Source: Chiloscyllium plagiosum (Eukaryota). From it: 64,000 nt of DNA. The notes below the pieces were generated by a model. That model was given only the letters and a program-made list of their open reading frames with translations, made no database searches and was not told the DNA's origin. The position numbers and the translations under genes were made by a program. Location of the stretch: positions 40,194,918 through 40,258,917 of the forward strand of contig NC_057728.1 of assembly GCF_004010195.1 (NCBI RefSeq), in the 5' to 3' direction. Below, piece after piece: positions 1 through 11,866 of the stretch; within the stretch, counting starts at the first letter, position 1, and each line of letters begins with the position of its first letter.

Positions 1-1315
1 TGTGCTATTAATGAACAGAATAAAATATATACATTTATTTTATATTTTGAGTTTGGATCTATGTGAACACCATTGCAATCTCAATCAACTTTTGTGGCAC
101 AAGTGAAATCAAACCAAACTTGGCCTTCTGACCATTAAGCTACACTGCCAGTTGAAATGGCTTTGGACCTTGTTAATCAGAAATGGTTCAAGAAATGGAT
201 AAGTGATAAATGAACAGAAGAATTAAGCTCAATGTATGCAAATCCTAATGAGATGGGCTAAAGACAACACTGTAAAGTATGACAAAATAACTTGCCAACA
301 CAAAGTTCTTTCCTGGGAGACTGTTCCTTCTGGAATAATCACTGGAAATAAATTACATCTTCACGCTGGAACAATGTAAAAATCTTCAGTGTTCTTTGCC
401 ATATTTACCAGAATTATGGACATCTGATTTATGGATGCATCAAAAAGCAAATGATTGGAAATGGAAACTGAAAATTGATGGCTATTCACCACTACTGTTG
501 TCCGATGTGATGGCTCAGTAGCACATTGGATCATAATACCCAATTAATCCACTTAAAATTGTTTCACAACATTCTAGGAAGTTCAATTCATAATAAAAGG
601 GCATATGACAATATTAAAATGTACACTAGTACTCTTGATGAATAAATTATGCTTAAAATAATTTTCATGACCTATCAGGTGATCAGCAATGTCATAGGTA
701 TGGGTTTACAAAACAGGAAAGATGGCCTTGAATTTTCTTCATGGCTCATCCTGGAAATTTGACTCAAAATATATCAATTTACAAATCTTTTCTGCTTGTA
801 TCAAATTATGACCAAATTTACTGGGAATTATAATTCTATGTGCCAGAATATAATATCAACATAGCCATCGAGGAACCATCATACCATCATTTGACCAGCT
901 TTCATGTTTGCTTGCTACAGCTTGTTAACAACTTTCAGCTGGGTGACTTATTCATTTTTATTGGGAACAACAACACAACAATAATCTATTTAAAGTTCTT
1001 TGAAGAAAATATTGAAGAATTGCAATACTGATGACTTTGTTTTTATTTCTCCATCTGAAATTCTGATCGTATTTTAAATAAATGCATTAAAATGTTAAAT
1101 TGCAGGAAATTTGCCATAAGGTTCTGTAAAGGTTGGGCCACTATTATGAGTAAATATATGTTTGAATGGAGACTTTGAATATAATAGAGCAAGGAAATTT
1201 GATTATATTGTATTTTACTTGCCTAACTCATATCCAAATTCTTTAGTCTTTTCAATTACTTAATTTGAGCTCAGATTGTATGCATCCATAGGCACAATAA
1301 CAAAGGAAATTCCAG

Positions 1316-2045
1316 ATCAACCAGGAATGTACAAATTGCTACCAGAATGAGTACTGAGGTGATAAATATAGACCTTTCTCCGAAAAACCATCCGGAGAGA
1401 GATTGAGATGAATAAAAGTGGATTGATATTAGTATTGAATTGAGTGTTGATAAATCCCCGGACCCAGATTCGCTTCATCACAGTATATTGAAGGAAGTAG
1501 CAAAGAGGTGGTGAATGAATTGACAATTATCTTTCATAATTCTATAGATTCTGGAAAAGATTTTGCTGATTCGAGGTAGCAAATGTAACTCCACTATATC
1601 AAAGGGAGGAAAGTGAGTGGCGAACTACAGAACTGTTAAACTTGATGTTAGTAGAGAAAATATTAGAATGTATTATAAAGGATGCAATAACGGGACATCC
1701 AGAAAAGAATGATAAAATTGAGCCAATCACTATGGACTTATGAAAGTGAAATCATGTTCAACATTTTGGAGTTTTTGAGGATGTTATGTACAGTGTACAC
1801 AAAAGGTGTATTTGGATTCTCAGAAAGTTTTTGAGTAGGGATTAATAAATAATTAACAGGAGGTTAATAAATAAAATTGGAGATTTCATGTGATTGGGGA
1901 AAATACTGTATGGGTTGAGAATTGCTCAAAAATCTGAAAGTGAAGAATAAGGTAAAATGGATCGTTCACATGATCACAAGCTGTTACTAATGACGTGTCG
2001 CAAAGGTCTACATCTGTTCTAATCTATATAAATTATTTGGATATG
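1316..2045 (+). mobile_element. Old degenerate CR1-type LINE fragment (RT region)
   Basis: Decayed CR1 ORF2 motifs (DKSPGPD-like, ANVTPL, NYR.V.L, KSC), many stops and frameshifts. Confidence 0.75.
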
Positions 2046-2654
2046 TGGGTTCTGTTCCTTTACAATATAACCCTGTGATCAGTAACGACTTTGTATGATC
2101 TGCGCTGAAAGGTTGGGTGCTTTAGAAACCTTTGTTGGTATCCAGATATTTGTTTCTGACTTACACTGTCTGCTCAATCCATAGTACTAGCAATTCTCTG
2201 CTTATACCTGTTTCATTGTCCTGTGTATTTAAAGAAGAATGATCTGATACTCAGAATAGTTAGACAATTGATTGCTAGACAAAGTTGTTGAATTGTTTCT
2301 GAGAATAGGTTGTGCTGTGGATGGTAATCCCTTCTTTGCACAAGTATTCTGTACAGATTTGTGAAAAATTTGTTTTGTTGCCCAGCATTTGATGATTATT
2401 GAAATGATAGTATAGACCATTTGTAACGCCGGACCATTTGAATGAGGATACTGAAGTGATGATGTGATATGCATCACTCTCAACTTAGCATACATACCAA
2501 TGTATCCATTCCAGTATGCCAAACAAACTGAAATAGTGCTCATCGTGTCAGCAATAACTGCACTCATTGTGTTGCTAAGTCTTTAAACAATGGGAAATTT
2601 AGGGAAGGAATCTGCAATAAGGACATCATTTGCCTTATGCACATTTTAAAAAAA

Positions 2655-2945
2655 TATGTTCATTGGTGTGGGTGTCACAGGTTAGGCCAGCATTGCCTGT
2701 CCCTAAATTAAAACTCAATCAAATTGCTGTGGGTCTGGGGTTACATGACCAGCTGAGGATGTCAAGTTTCCTTCCCTAATAAACCAGATGGGTTTTTGTG
2801 ACAATGGACCATGATTACATGGTTACCATTAGGCCAGTTCTTTATCCCAGATTTTATTGAATTCAAATTTCACCATTTGCCATGGTGGGATTGAAACCCA
2901 TATCCCCTCATCTGGTGTTCTGATTTGCTGGTGCAGTGAGCTACC
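2655..2945 (-). mobile_element. tRNA-derived SINE (family recurring in window, 3' tail shared with LINE at 28550/46675/58740)
   Basis: Shares core 'attgctgtgggtctgg...ttccttccctaa...aaccagatggg' with copies at 3288, 22440, 29790, 31775, 49100. Confidence 0.7.
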
Positions 2946-3287
2946 TAATAAGATAAGAGCCCATGGTGTTAGGGATACCTGGAAGAAGAGGTTTACTTGG
3001 AAGCATGTTGCTGTCCTCCCATGTTGCTGGGGTTATAAGGCAGGGAATGGTCAGGCAGGTCCCACTGCACAGGAATTGGTGACGGCAGTGGTGAGTATTG
3101 CCATAGGCTGAGCCATTACCACTGGGGAACCTCTCCACATGTCAGAGAGTGTCTATAGAGATGGAATGCCATCTCATCTTAATTCACAAACTCTGGTAGT
3201 GAAATCTTAAGGAGAGGCTGAGATGAGTTAAATATATTTTCTTACCTTAATATTGTTACTTCCATATCTTTCTGCACATGTTGAGGA

Positions 3288-3560
3288 GGGATGGCCAAGT
3301 GGTATAATTAATCCAAAGTGGGCTATTAATCCAAAGACCCAGGTAATATCTGGGGGCCTAGGTTAAAATCCTGCAATGGCAGGACATTTTAAATTTTTTT
3401 TAAGAAGTCTGGAATTATCGTCTGTTTCACTAATGTCCTTCAGGGAAGGAAATCTGCCATTCTTGCCTGGTCTACATGTGACTCCAGACCCACAGCAATG
3501 TGGATAACTATTAACTGTACTTTGGACAATTAGGGATGGGAATAAAAATATTAATTTTAG
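3288..3560 (+). mobile_element. tRNA-derived SINE, same family
   Basis: A/B-box-like start, core 'gaaggaaatctgcc...tggtctacatgtgactccagacccacagcaatgtgg', tail 'caattagggatgggaataaa'. Confidence 0.7.
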
Positions 3561-4113
3561 CATACATCGATTGCAGAGACCAAAGGTAAAGTTGTTGGTG
3601 TAAGAGTTTTGTGTTAAACACCATGTATTGGAGGAATGCTAAAATTGTGAAGTGTCATACTGAGTTCTCATAATAAATCACAAACTCAACAATACCAAGT
3701 CATAATCACACAGGAATTATATCGTACTCATGCTTGTCTCCTTATGTTAGTTTCTGTACCATGAGCATATTAAATCACAAAGATCTGATTCTGTGATTGT
3801 CATAATGATATCTACATTCTTTGGAGCTTAAGTAAGATGGAATAGAAAAGCAGTTACCAACACTCAGTGTTATTATAAGGACAATCAGATAGCAACATCT
3901 GGAGTTTGTAAGTACACAGCTAAATGTATGGCTTGGTATATCTGGCTGCAGCAATGGCCAAGATATTCAACATGGAAATCCATGCAACAGCATGAAGTAG
4001 GAGATTTATTCAATTATTGATGTTATGAAACAGAAACAGACAGCCAAACTAAAATAGCATTTCCACCTCTGTATTTGCAACATAGTAAAAGCAAACAAAG
4101 ATCCCCAAATAGT

Positions 4114-5817
4114 CATAGAACATAGAACATAGAACATAGAACAATACAGCGCAGTACAGGCCCTTTGGCCCTCGATGTTGCGCCGATCCAAGTCCACCTA
4201 ACCTATACTAACCCACTATCCTCCATATACCTATCCAATGCCCGCTTAAATGCCCATAAAGAGGGAGAGTCCACCACTGCTACTGGCAGGGCATCCCATG
4301 AACTTACGACTCGCTGAGTGAAGAACCTACCCCTAACTTCAGTCCCATATCTACCCCCCCTTAATTTAAAGCTATGCCCCCTTGTAATACCCGACTCCAT
4401 ACGCGGGAAAAGGTTCACACTGTCAACCCTATCTAACCCCCTAATCATCTTGTACACCTCAATCAAGTCACCCCTAAAACTTCTTTTCTCTAATGAAAAC
4501 AGCCCCAAGTGTCTCAATCTTTCCTCATACGATCTTCCTTCCATACCAGGCAACATCCTGGTAAACCTCCTCTGCACCCGTTCCAGTGCCTCCACATCCT
4601 TCCTATAGTATGGCGACCAAAACTGCACACAATATTCCAGATGCGGCCGCACCAGAGTCTTATACAACTGCATCATGACCTCAGGACTCCGGAACTCAAT
4701 TCCTCTACCAATAAAAGCCAGTACGCCATATGCCTCCCTCACCGCACTATTTACCTGGGTGGCAACTTTCAGAGATCTGTGTACATGGACACCAAGATCC
4801 CTCTGCTCATCCACACTACCAAGTATCCGACCATTAGCCCAGTACCCCATCTTTTTGTTATTCTTCCCAAAGTGAATCACCTCAAACTTAGCTACATTGA
4901 ATTCCATTTGCCACCTTTCTGCCAAGCTCTGCAGCTTCTCTATATCCTGATGTAACCTGCCACATNNNNNNNNNNNNNNNNNNNNNNNNNNNNNNNNNNN
5001 NNNNNNNNNNNNNNNNNNNNNNNNNNNNNNNNNNNNNNNNNNNNNNNNNNNNNNNNNNNNNNNNNNNNNNNNNNNNNNNNNNNNNNNNNNNNNNNNNNNN
5101 NNNNNNNNNNNNNNNNNNNNNNNNNNNNNNNNNNNNNNNNNNNNNNNNNNNNNNNNNNNNNNNNNNNNNNNNNNNNNNNNNNNNNNNNNNNNNNNNNNNN
5201 NNNNNNNNNNNNNNNNNNNNNNNNNNNNNNNNNNNNNNNNNNNNNNNNNNNNNNNNNNNNNNNNNNNNNNNNNNNNNNNNNNNNNNNNNNNNNNNNNNNN
5301 NNNNNNNNNNNNNNNNNNNNNNNNNNNNNNNNNNNNNNNNNNNNNNNNNNNNNNNNNNNNNNNNNNNNNNNNNNNNNNNNNNNNNNNNNNNNNNNNNNNN
5401 NNNNNNNNNNNNNNNNNNNNNNNNNNNNNNNNNNNNNNNNNNNNNNNNNNNNNNNNNNNNNNNNNNNNNNNNNNNNNNNNNNNNNNNNNNNNNNNNNNNN
5501 NNNNNNNNNNNNNNNNNNNNNNNNNNNNNNNNNNNNNNNNNNNNNNNNNNNNNNNNNNNNNNNNNNNNNNNNNNNCTCTCAGTCGCCCCAATTGAACCTT
5601 CACGTCTCTCTTCAGGTCCTTCCTGGCTACTCTATAACTCTCAATCGCCCCAATTGCACCTTCACGTCTCATCTTGAGATAGGCCGCCCTCTTCCATTTA
5701 ACAAGGGATTCCAATTCCTTATTAAACCACGGCTCCCTCACACGACCCTTTCCTCCCTGCCTGGCAGGTACATAATTATCAAGGACACTCAATAGTTGCT
5801 CCTTGAACAAGCTCCAT
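4114..5817 (-). mobile_element. Young 5'-truncated CR1/HER1-type LINE (ORF2 C-terminus, spans assembly gap)
   Basis: ORF 4203-5810 has WQMEFN, VRPHLEYCVQFWSP, LERVQRRFTRM, RGHSFKL; (CATAGAA)n tail at 4114-4142. Confidence 0.95.
4966..5575. other. Assembly gap (610 N)
   Basis: Run of N. Confidence 1.
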
Positions 5818-7621
5818 CTCAGTGGTTCCTAAACAGACTTTGCAATAACCAGTCTCAGAATTGTGAATAATTATTTTCCAGACACCAATTTTGAATCTTA
5901 AGCAAAAGATGTAACAATTTATTAGATAAAAAATGACATTAGCAGACAGGAGTTTAAACATGGTAAGCTGATTAACATTTGTGCTTTAAACCTGAAACAT
6001 TTATTTGGAGCCTTCCTTCATACCAAAGGCAGACAGCCAAACAAATACAGTTAAAGAATAAATAAAATAACAAAACTGGTTAGATTACTTACACGTCCTT
6101 TATGATGGATTGCTTCACAAGCGTAAATGTAGATTCCTTGCTGTTTTTCTTGTTGATGGGAGGGCACCTTCTCAGTTCACCCAGGCAGAGGCAACAATAA
6201 TTCTAGCTCAGCTTTCCCCTCTTTGGGCTTCTGGAAGCTGATATATCAGATTAGGCAGGCAGCTTTCAAATCTTTAAGCAGTCTCAGCAGCATCCCAGAA
6301 TGATCGCTCTGAAAACACAGTTCAAAACACAACAACTTTAAATTACAGTTCCACTCTGATAGACTGATTGACTGTTATTGAAGCCTCAGTAACCATTCAC
6401 AATTGCCATCTGCTTGAACATATGATCACTTCCAGACTTGCCAGAACCAAGATCTGGCACTGACCTCATGAGGAGCCAAATTCTATTATCCATGTGAACA
6501 CAAAGCTCTTCCTGGGAGTTGCTGTGCCTGTTAGAACATTTATAATCAAGGCTCAGCCTGGAATTAGCTGACAGGCCTGGCCTCACAAACAAACAAAGTT
6601 TGTTGGTCTGTTCTTTTCTTCTAATCACAAACTGTTCCAAATTCCACCATTCATTTCCAGCTCATAATTCAATACTTGTTAAAAGAATAAAAATGAAATA
6701 ATGAAATATCAGCTAGGGCTCTAACTTTGTTCACTAAACAGGCCATAAATTTTAGCACTGGATTATACATTTTTTTTAATGACAAGCTAATTATTAGAGA
6801 ACAATCTCCATGGAAATAACTTTATGAATGTGTAATCTCACTCCTTTCAAAGTTAATTATTACTGAAGATTTTGAAAATAAAATCCCTCTTCTGGTTGTC
6901 TCTTTCAGCTCTCCCCTTTTCCTAATATTTACTTTGAGTTCTGCATGTGATTGCATTCATATTTCCTGCCGTACACTTCCTGGTTTAGACTCTGAAGCTC
7001 TGGTATTTCCTGGGGTTTGTTTGATGAGTGGGTGTGTGGGGTGGGGGCATAAATCCTGGAATTCCAAATTTATTCACATGTTGTCCATGTGAAATTATCA
7101 TGAAGTATGGTTCTTATGACACTTCACAGTACTTTCACACAATATACAACAGAAATGATTGAGGGAGTCACCAGCAGAATTGTAGAAGTCCAGCGACAGT
7201 GCAACAAGAGGACCCAGCTCCTCAGGCAGGCCTAGATGGCACAGCATATTCAGCTGTGGGTCCTCACTTTACCAGCATTCTCCAGCACGGCACTCAAGGG
7301 CAAAATTGCAACTTAATTAATTTCTCTCTGCCAAAGCACTTCACACTCCCACCTGAACAACCTGGGCAACATCAGTCTCAGACCTCTGCTTTCTCATACC
7401 CATGCCTTATAACCACAGATGTTGTTCTTCTCTCCTCTGCACACAAGCCTTTATGAACACTCATTATACACACTTACTCTTGTTCCAGGAGTGGAGGACA
7501 CACAAATTTGCGCATGGCAGACATCCTTGAGGTAGGGCAAGGTGCTGAGTGGCTATTATAAAAATTAGGGTCCTTTGACACCTGAGTTTCCCAGTATTTA
7601 CTGTGTAACATGAGATTTCAT

Positions 7622-8555
7622 ATTAGAATTAGAATTAGGTTTTATTGTCATGTGTACATAAGTACAGGATATAGGGGTACAGTCAAAAAGTGTGGTGCTG
7701 GAAAAGCACAGCCAGTCAGGCAGCATCCAAGGAGCATGAGAGTCAACATTTCAAGCATAAACGCTTCATCAGGATGAAGAGCTCCTGATGAAGGGCTTAT
7801 GCTTGAAACGTTGACTTTCCTGATCCTCAGATGCTGCCTGACCGGCTGTGCTTTCTCAGCACCGCACTTTCCAACTCTGATCTCCAGTGTCAGCAGTCCT
7901 CACTTTTTCCTACAAGGGTAAAGTGAAAAGTGTATAATCTCACTATTCACAGTGCCATTTTAGGTACAAGGTATCTTAGGTAAAAAGTAGAAAAATAAAG
8001 AAATAAGTTGAAAGTTCAACATTACCATTCTTGTCAGTATAAAATAGTAAATAAGAAATAAAGTTAAAAGTTTCAAATTATATTCCTTCTTTAGCCATGG
8101 GCCTGCATTTGATCCATACTGGACTTACCCTATGAGGGATTGATCTCTCCCCTGTGCTAGGCTTGATCTCTTCTCCCAGTGAGCTCGATGTTTTCATCCC
8201 TGTGCCTCCATGCTGCCATGTCACCATCGACTGCCATCCAGGCTTACCGGCTGCCTTGTCACAGTCTGCCAGAGTCCCGCACTGGTGCCGCTCTGGGTCC
8301 CCAGCTACATCCGTGATGCTGCTGACCACCAGAGGTCTGCCTGGGCACACCAACTGCCTTGTGACCGATGGCCAAAGTCCTTGCTCTGGGCCTCCAGCCA
8401 CTGCCGTCATGACCGCTGCCTCCATGAAGGTAAGTAGGGAGAAAAAAACTTTAACAACTAAAAAAGAGGGAGAAAAAGCAAGAAAAGAAGAAAGAAAAGT
8501 GGTTGGACCTAACGAGCTCCAGCTCAGGAGTCCTAATCTGCCTCCATCTTGGATT
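7622..8555 (-). mobile_element. Non-autonomous retroelement (AAGATGG 5' end, ACAATAAA plus microsatellite 3' tail)
   Basis: 'tagaattagaattaggttttattgtca' at left, 'cctccatcttgg' at right, GC-rich degenerate internal repeats; same architecture as 20317-21030. Confidence 0.55.
7686..7910 (+). mobile_element. Fold-back Penelope pLTR remnant with two opposed hammerhead motifs
   Basis: Imperfect inverted repeat around ~7778; CTGATGA 7785-7791 and GAAAC-GTT 7805-7812 on +, TCATCAG 7766-7772 on -. Confidence 0.8.
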
Positions 8556-9002
8556 TTAGGCTATAACAGCTATTACAGTAGTAATTAATTTTCCAAAAAA
8601 GGGGACAAATTATGAGAAACAGTGCAATTATGCTAGCACTGAACAAGTCCCAACAATTTATCTGGCACCAAAATGTACCCCATTATCAGTGTATTGTTTT
8701 CAAAGATGGGAGGCACTTACTCTTAAAAAGAATGGGAAACCCACAGAGGAGGCAAGTAATGATCCTTTGATGGTATGTTAGCTTTCCTATGACCATTGGC
8801 TGAGAGGGCTTAGACAGGTGATTGACACAGCAGTGATGGCCTTCCCCCAAATAATGTATCTCAGTAGGGATAGGTTAGAAGAGCAAGAGCTGGGGTGGTG
8901 AGCCACCATCTTCTTGAGAGAAGAGCATGAGTTCTCCTACATAGAGGTGAGTAAAGAACAAAGAAAGTTATCACCAAAGACCACCATGAAACAGTATAAG
9001 AC

Positions 9003-9160
9003 ATAGAGTCATAGAAATATACAGCATGTAAACAGACTCTTCCGTCCAACTTGTCCATGCCGACCAGATATCCCAACCAAATATAGTCCCACGAGCCAGC
9101 ATCCGGCCATTACCCCTCCAAACCCATCCTATTCATATACCCATCCAGATGTCTTTTAAA
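9003..9160 (-). mobile_element. CR1 3' tail (minus strand)
   Basis: Reverse complement of the CR1 3' end seen at ~11560-11710. Confidence 0.85.
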
Positions 9161-11710
9161 TGTGATATTCCTGGAAATACATCCAGGGAAGTTATTTGGG
9201 TGGAACTGAGAAATAAGAAAGGGATGATCACCTTATTGGGATTGTATTATAGACCCCTCATAGTCAGAGGGAAATTGAGAAACAAATTTGTAAGGAGATC
9301 TCAGCTATCCGTAAGAATAATAGGGTGGTTATAGTCGGGGATTTTAACTTTCCAAACAGACTAGGACTGCCATAGTGTTAACGGTTTAGATGGAGAGGAA
9401 TTTGTTAAGTGGGTACAAGACAATTTTCTGATTCAGTATGTGGATGTACCGACTAGAGAAGGTGCAAAACTTGACCTACACTTGGGAAATAAGGCAGGGC
9501 AGCTGACTGAGGTGTCATTGGGGAGCACTTTGGGGCCAGTGACCATAATTCTATTAGATTTAAAACAGTGATGGAAAAGGATACACCTGATCTAAAAGTT
9601 GAAGTTCTAAGTTGGAGAAAGACCAATTTTGATGGCATTAGGCAAGAACTTTCAAAAGCTGATTGGGGGCAGATGTTCGCAGGTAAAAGGATGGCTGGAA
9701 AATGGGAAGCCTTCAGAAATTAGATAATGAGAATCCAGAGAAAGTATATCCCTGTTATGATGAAGGGAAAGGCTGGTAGGTATAGGGAATGCTGGATGAC
9801 TAAAGAAATTGAGGGTTTGGTTAAGAAAAAGAAGGAAGCATATGCAAGGTATAGACAGGATAGATCGAGCGAACCCATAGACGAGTATAAAGGAAGTAGG
9901 AGTATACTTAAAAGGGAAATCAGGAGGGCAAAAAGGGGACATGATATAGCTTTGGCAAATAGAATTAAGGAGAATCCAAAGGGTTTTTACAAATACGTTA
10001 AAGACATAGGGGTAATGAGGGAGAGAATAGGGCCCTTCAAAGATCAACAAGGTGGCCTTTGAGTGGAGCCGCAGAAAATGGGGAACATTCTAATGAGTAT
10101 TTTGCATCAGTATTTAATGTGGAAAAGGACATGGACGATATAGAGTGTAGGGAAATATATGGTGACATCTTGCAAAATGTCCATATTACAGAGGAGGAAG
10201 TGCTAGATGCCTTGAAATGCAGAAAGTTGGATAAATCCCCAGGACCTGACCAGGTGTACCCTAGAACTCTGTGGGAAGCTAGAGAAGTGATTACTGGGCC
10301 TCTTGCTGAGATATTTGTATCATCGATAGTCACATGTGAGGTGCCAGAAGACTGGAGGTTGGCTAACGTGGTGCCACTGTTTAAGAAGGGTAGTAAGGAC
10401 AAGCCAGGGAACTATAGACCAGTGAGCCTGACGTCAATGGTGGGAAAGTTGTTGGATGGAATCCTGAGGGACAGGATGTACATGTATTTGGAAAGGCAAG
10501 GGTTGATTAGGGATAGTCAACATGGCTTTGTGGATGGGAAATCATGTCTCACAAAATTGGTTGAGTTTTTTGAAGAAGTAACAAAGAGGATTGATGAGGG
10601 CAGAGTGGTAGATGTGATCCATATGGACATCAGTAAGGCATGCAACAAGCTTCCTCATGGGAGACTAATGAGAAAGGTGAAATTTCACGGAATACAAGGA
10701 GAACTAGCCATTTGGATACAGAACTGGTTCAAAGGTAGAAGACAGAGGGTGGTGGTGGAGGGTTGTTTTTAAAACTGGAGACCTGTGACCAGTGGAGTGC
10801 CACAAGGATCGGTGCAGGGTCTTCGACTTTTTGTCATTTACATAAATGATTTGGATGAGAGCATAAGAGGTATAGTTAGTAAGTTTGCAGATGACACCAA
10901 AATTGGAGGTGTAGTGGACAGCGAAGAGGGTTACCTCAGATTACAACAGGATCTTGACCAGATGGGCCAATGGGCTGAGAAGTGGCAGATGGAGTTTAAT
11001 TCAGATAAATGTGAGGTGCTGCATTTGGGAAAGCAAATAGGGAGAGTTGAAACAGGCTGGGGCTGTTTTCCCTGGAGTGTCGGAGGCTGAGGGGTGACCT
11101 TATAGATGTTTACAAAATTATGAGGGGCATGGATAGGATAAGTAAAACTTATACACTTAATGGTAAGCTCCTAGGAAGTGTTGCTGAACAAAGAGACCTT
11201 GGAGTGTAGGTTCATAGTTCCTTGAAAGTGAAGTCACAGTTAGATAGGATAGTGAAGAAGGCGTTTGGTATGCTTTCNNNNNNNNNNNNNNNNNNNNNNN
11301 NNNNNNNNNNNNNNNNNNNNNNNNNNNCTGAGGGGTGACCTTATAGAGGTTTACAAAATTATGAGGGGCATGGATAGGATAAATAGACAAAGTCTTTTCC
11401 CTGGGGTCAGGGAGTCCAGAACTAAAGGACATAGGTTTAGGGTGAGAGGGGAAAGATATAAAAGAGACCTAAGGGGCAACTTTTTCACGCAGAGGGTGGT
11501 ACGTGTATGGAATGGGCTGCCAAAGGATGTGGTGGTGGCTGGTACAATTGCAACAGTTAAGAGGCATTTGGATGGGAATATAAATAGGAACGGTTTGGAG
11601 GGATATGGGGCGGGTGCTGGCATGTGGGACTAGATTGGGTTGGGATATCTGGTCAACATGGACGGGTTGGACTGAAGGGGTCTGTTTCCATGCTGTACAT
11701 CTCTATGACT
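9161..11710 (+). mobile_element. CR1-type LINE, endonuclease through RT and 3' tail, frameshifted
   Basis: [54 protein letters not shown]; tail 'ctctatgact'; 50-N gap at 11278-11327. Confidence 0.95.
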
Positions 11711-11866
11711 TGTACTAGCCCCTTAGTTCTCTTAGTCTTCTACCTTTGAGCCAGTTCTGTATCCAAATGGTTAGTTCTCCCCGTATTTCATGAGATCTAA
11801 TCTTGCTAACTAGTCTCCCATGGGGAACCTTTTGAACACCTTACTAAAGTCCATATAGATCACATC

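Noticed and set aside
840..1031. 63-aa ORF as a possible second cytokine exon
   Set aside because: No signal peptide, splice pattern or similarity to the cytokine
4203..5810. 535-aa ORF as a host gene
   Set aside because: CR1 ORF2 fragments bridged by a 610-N gap
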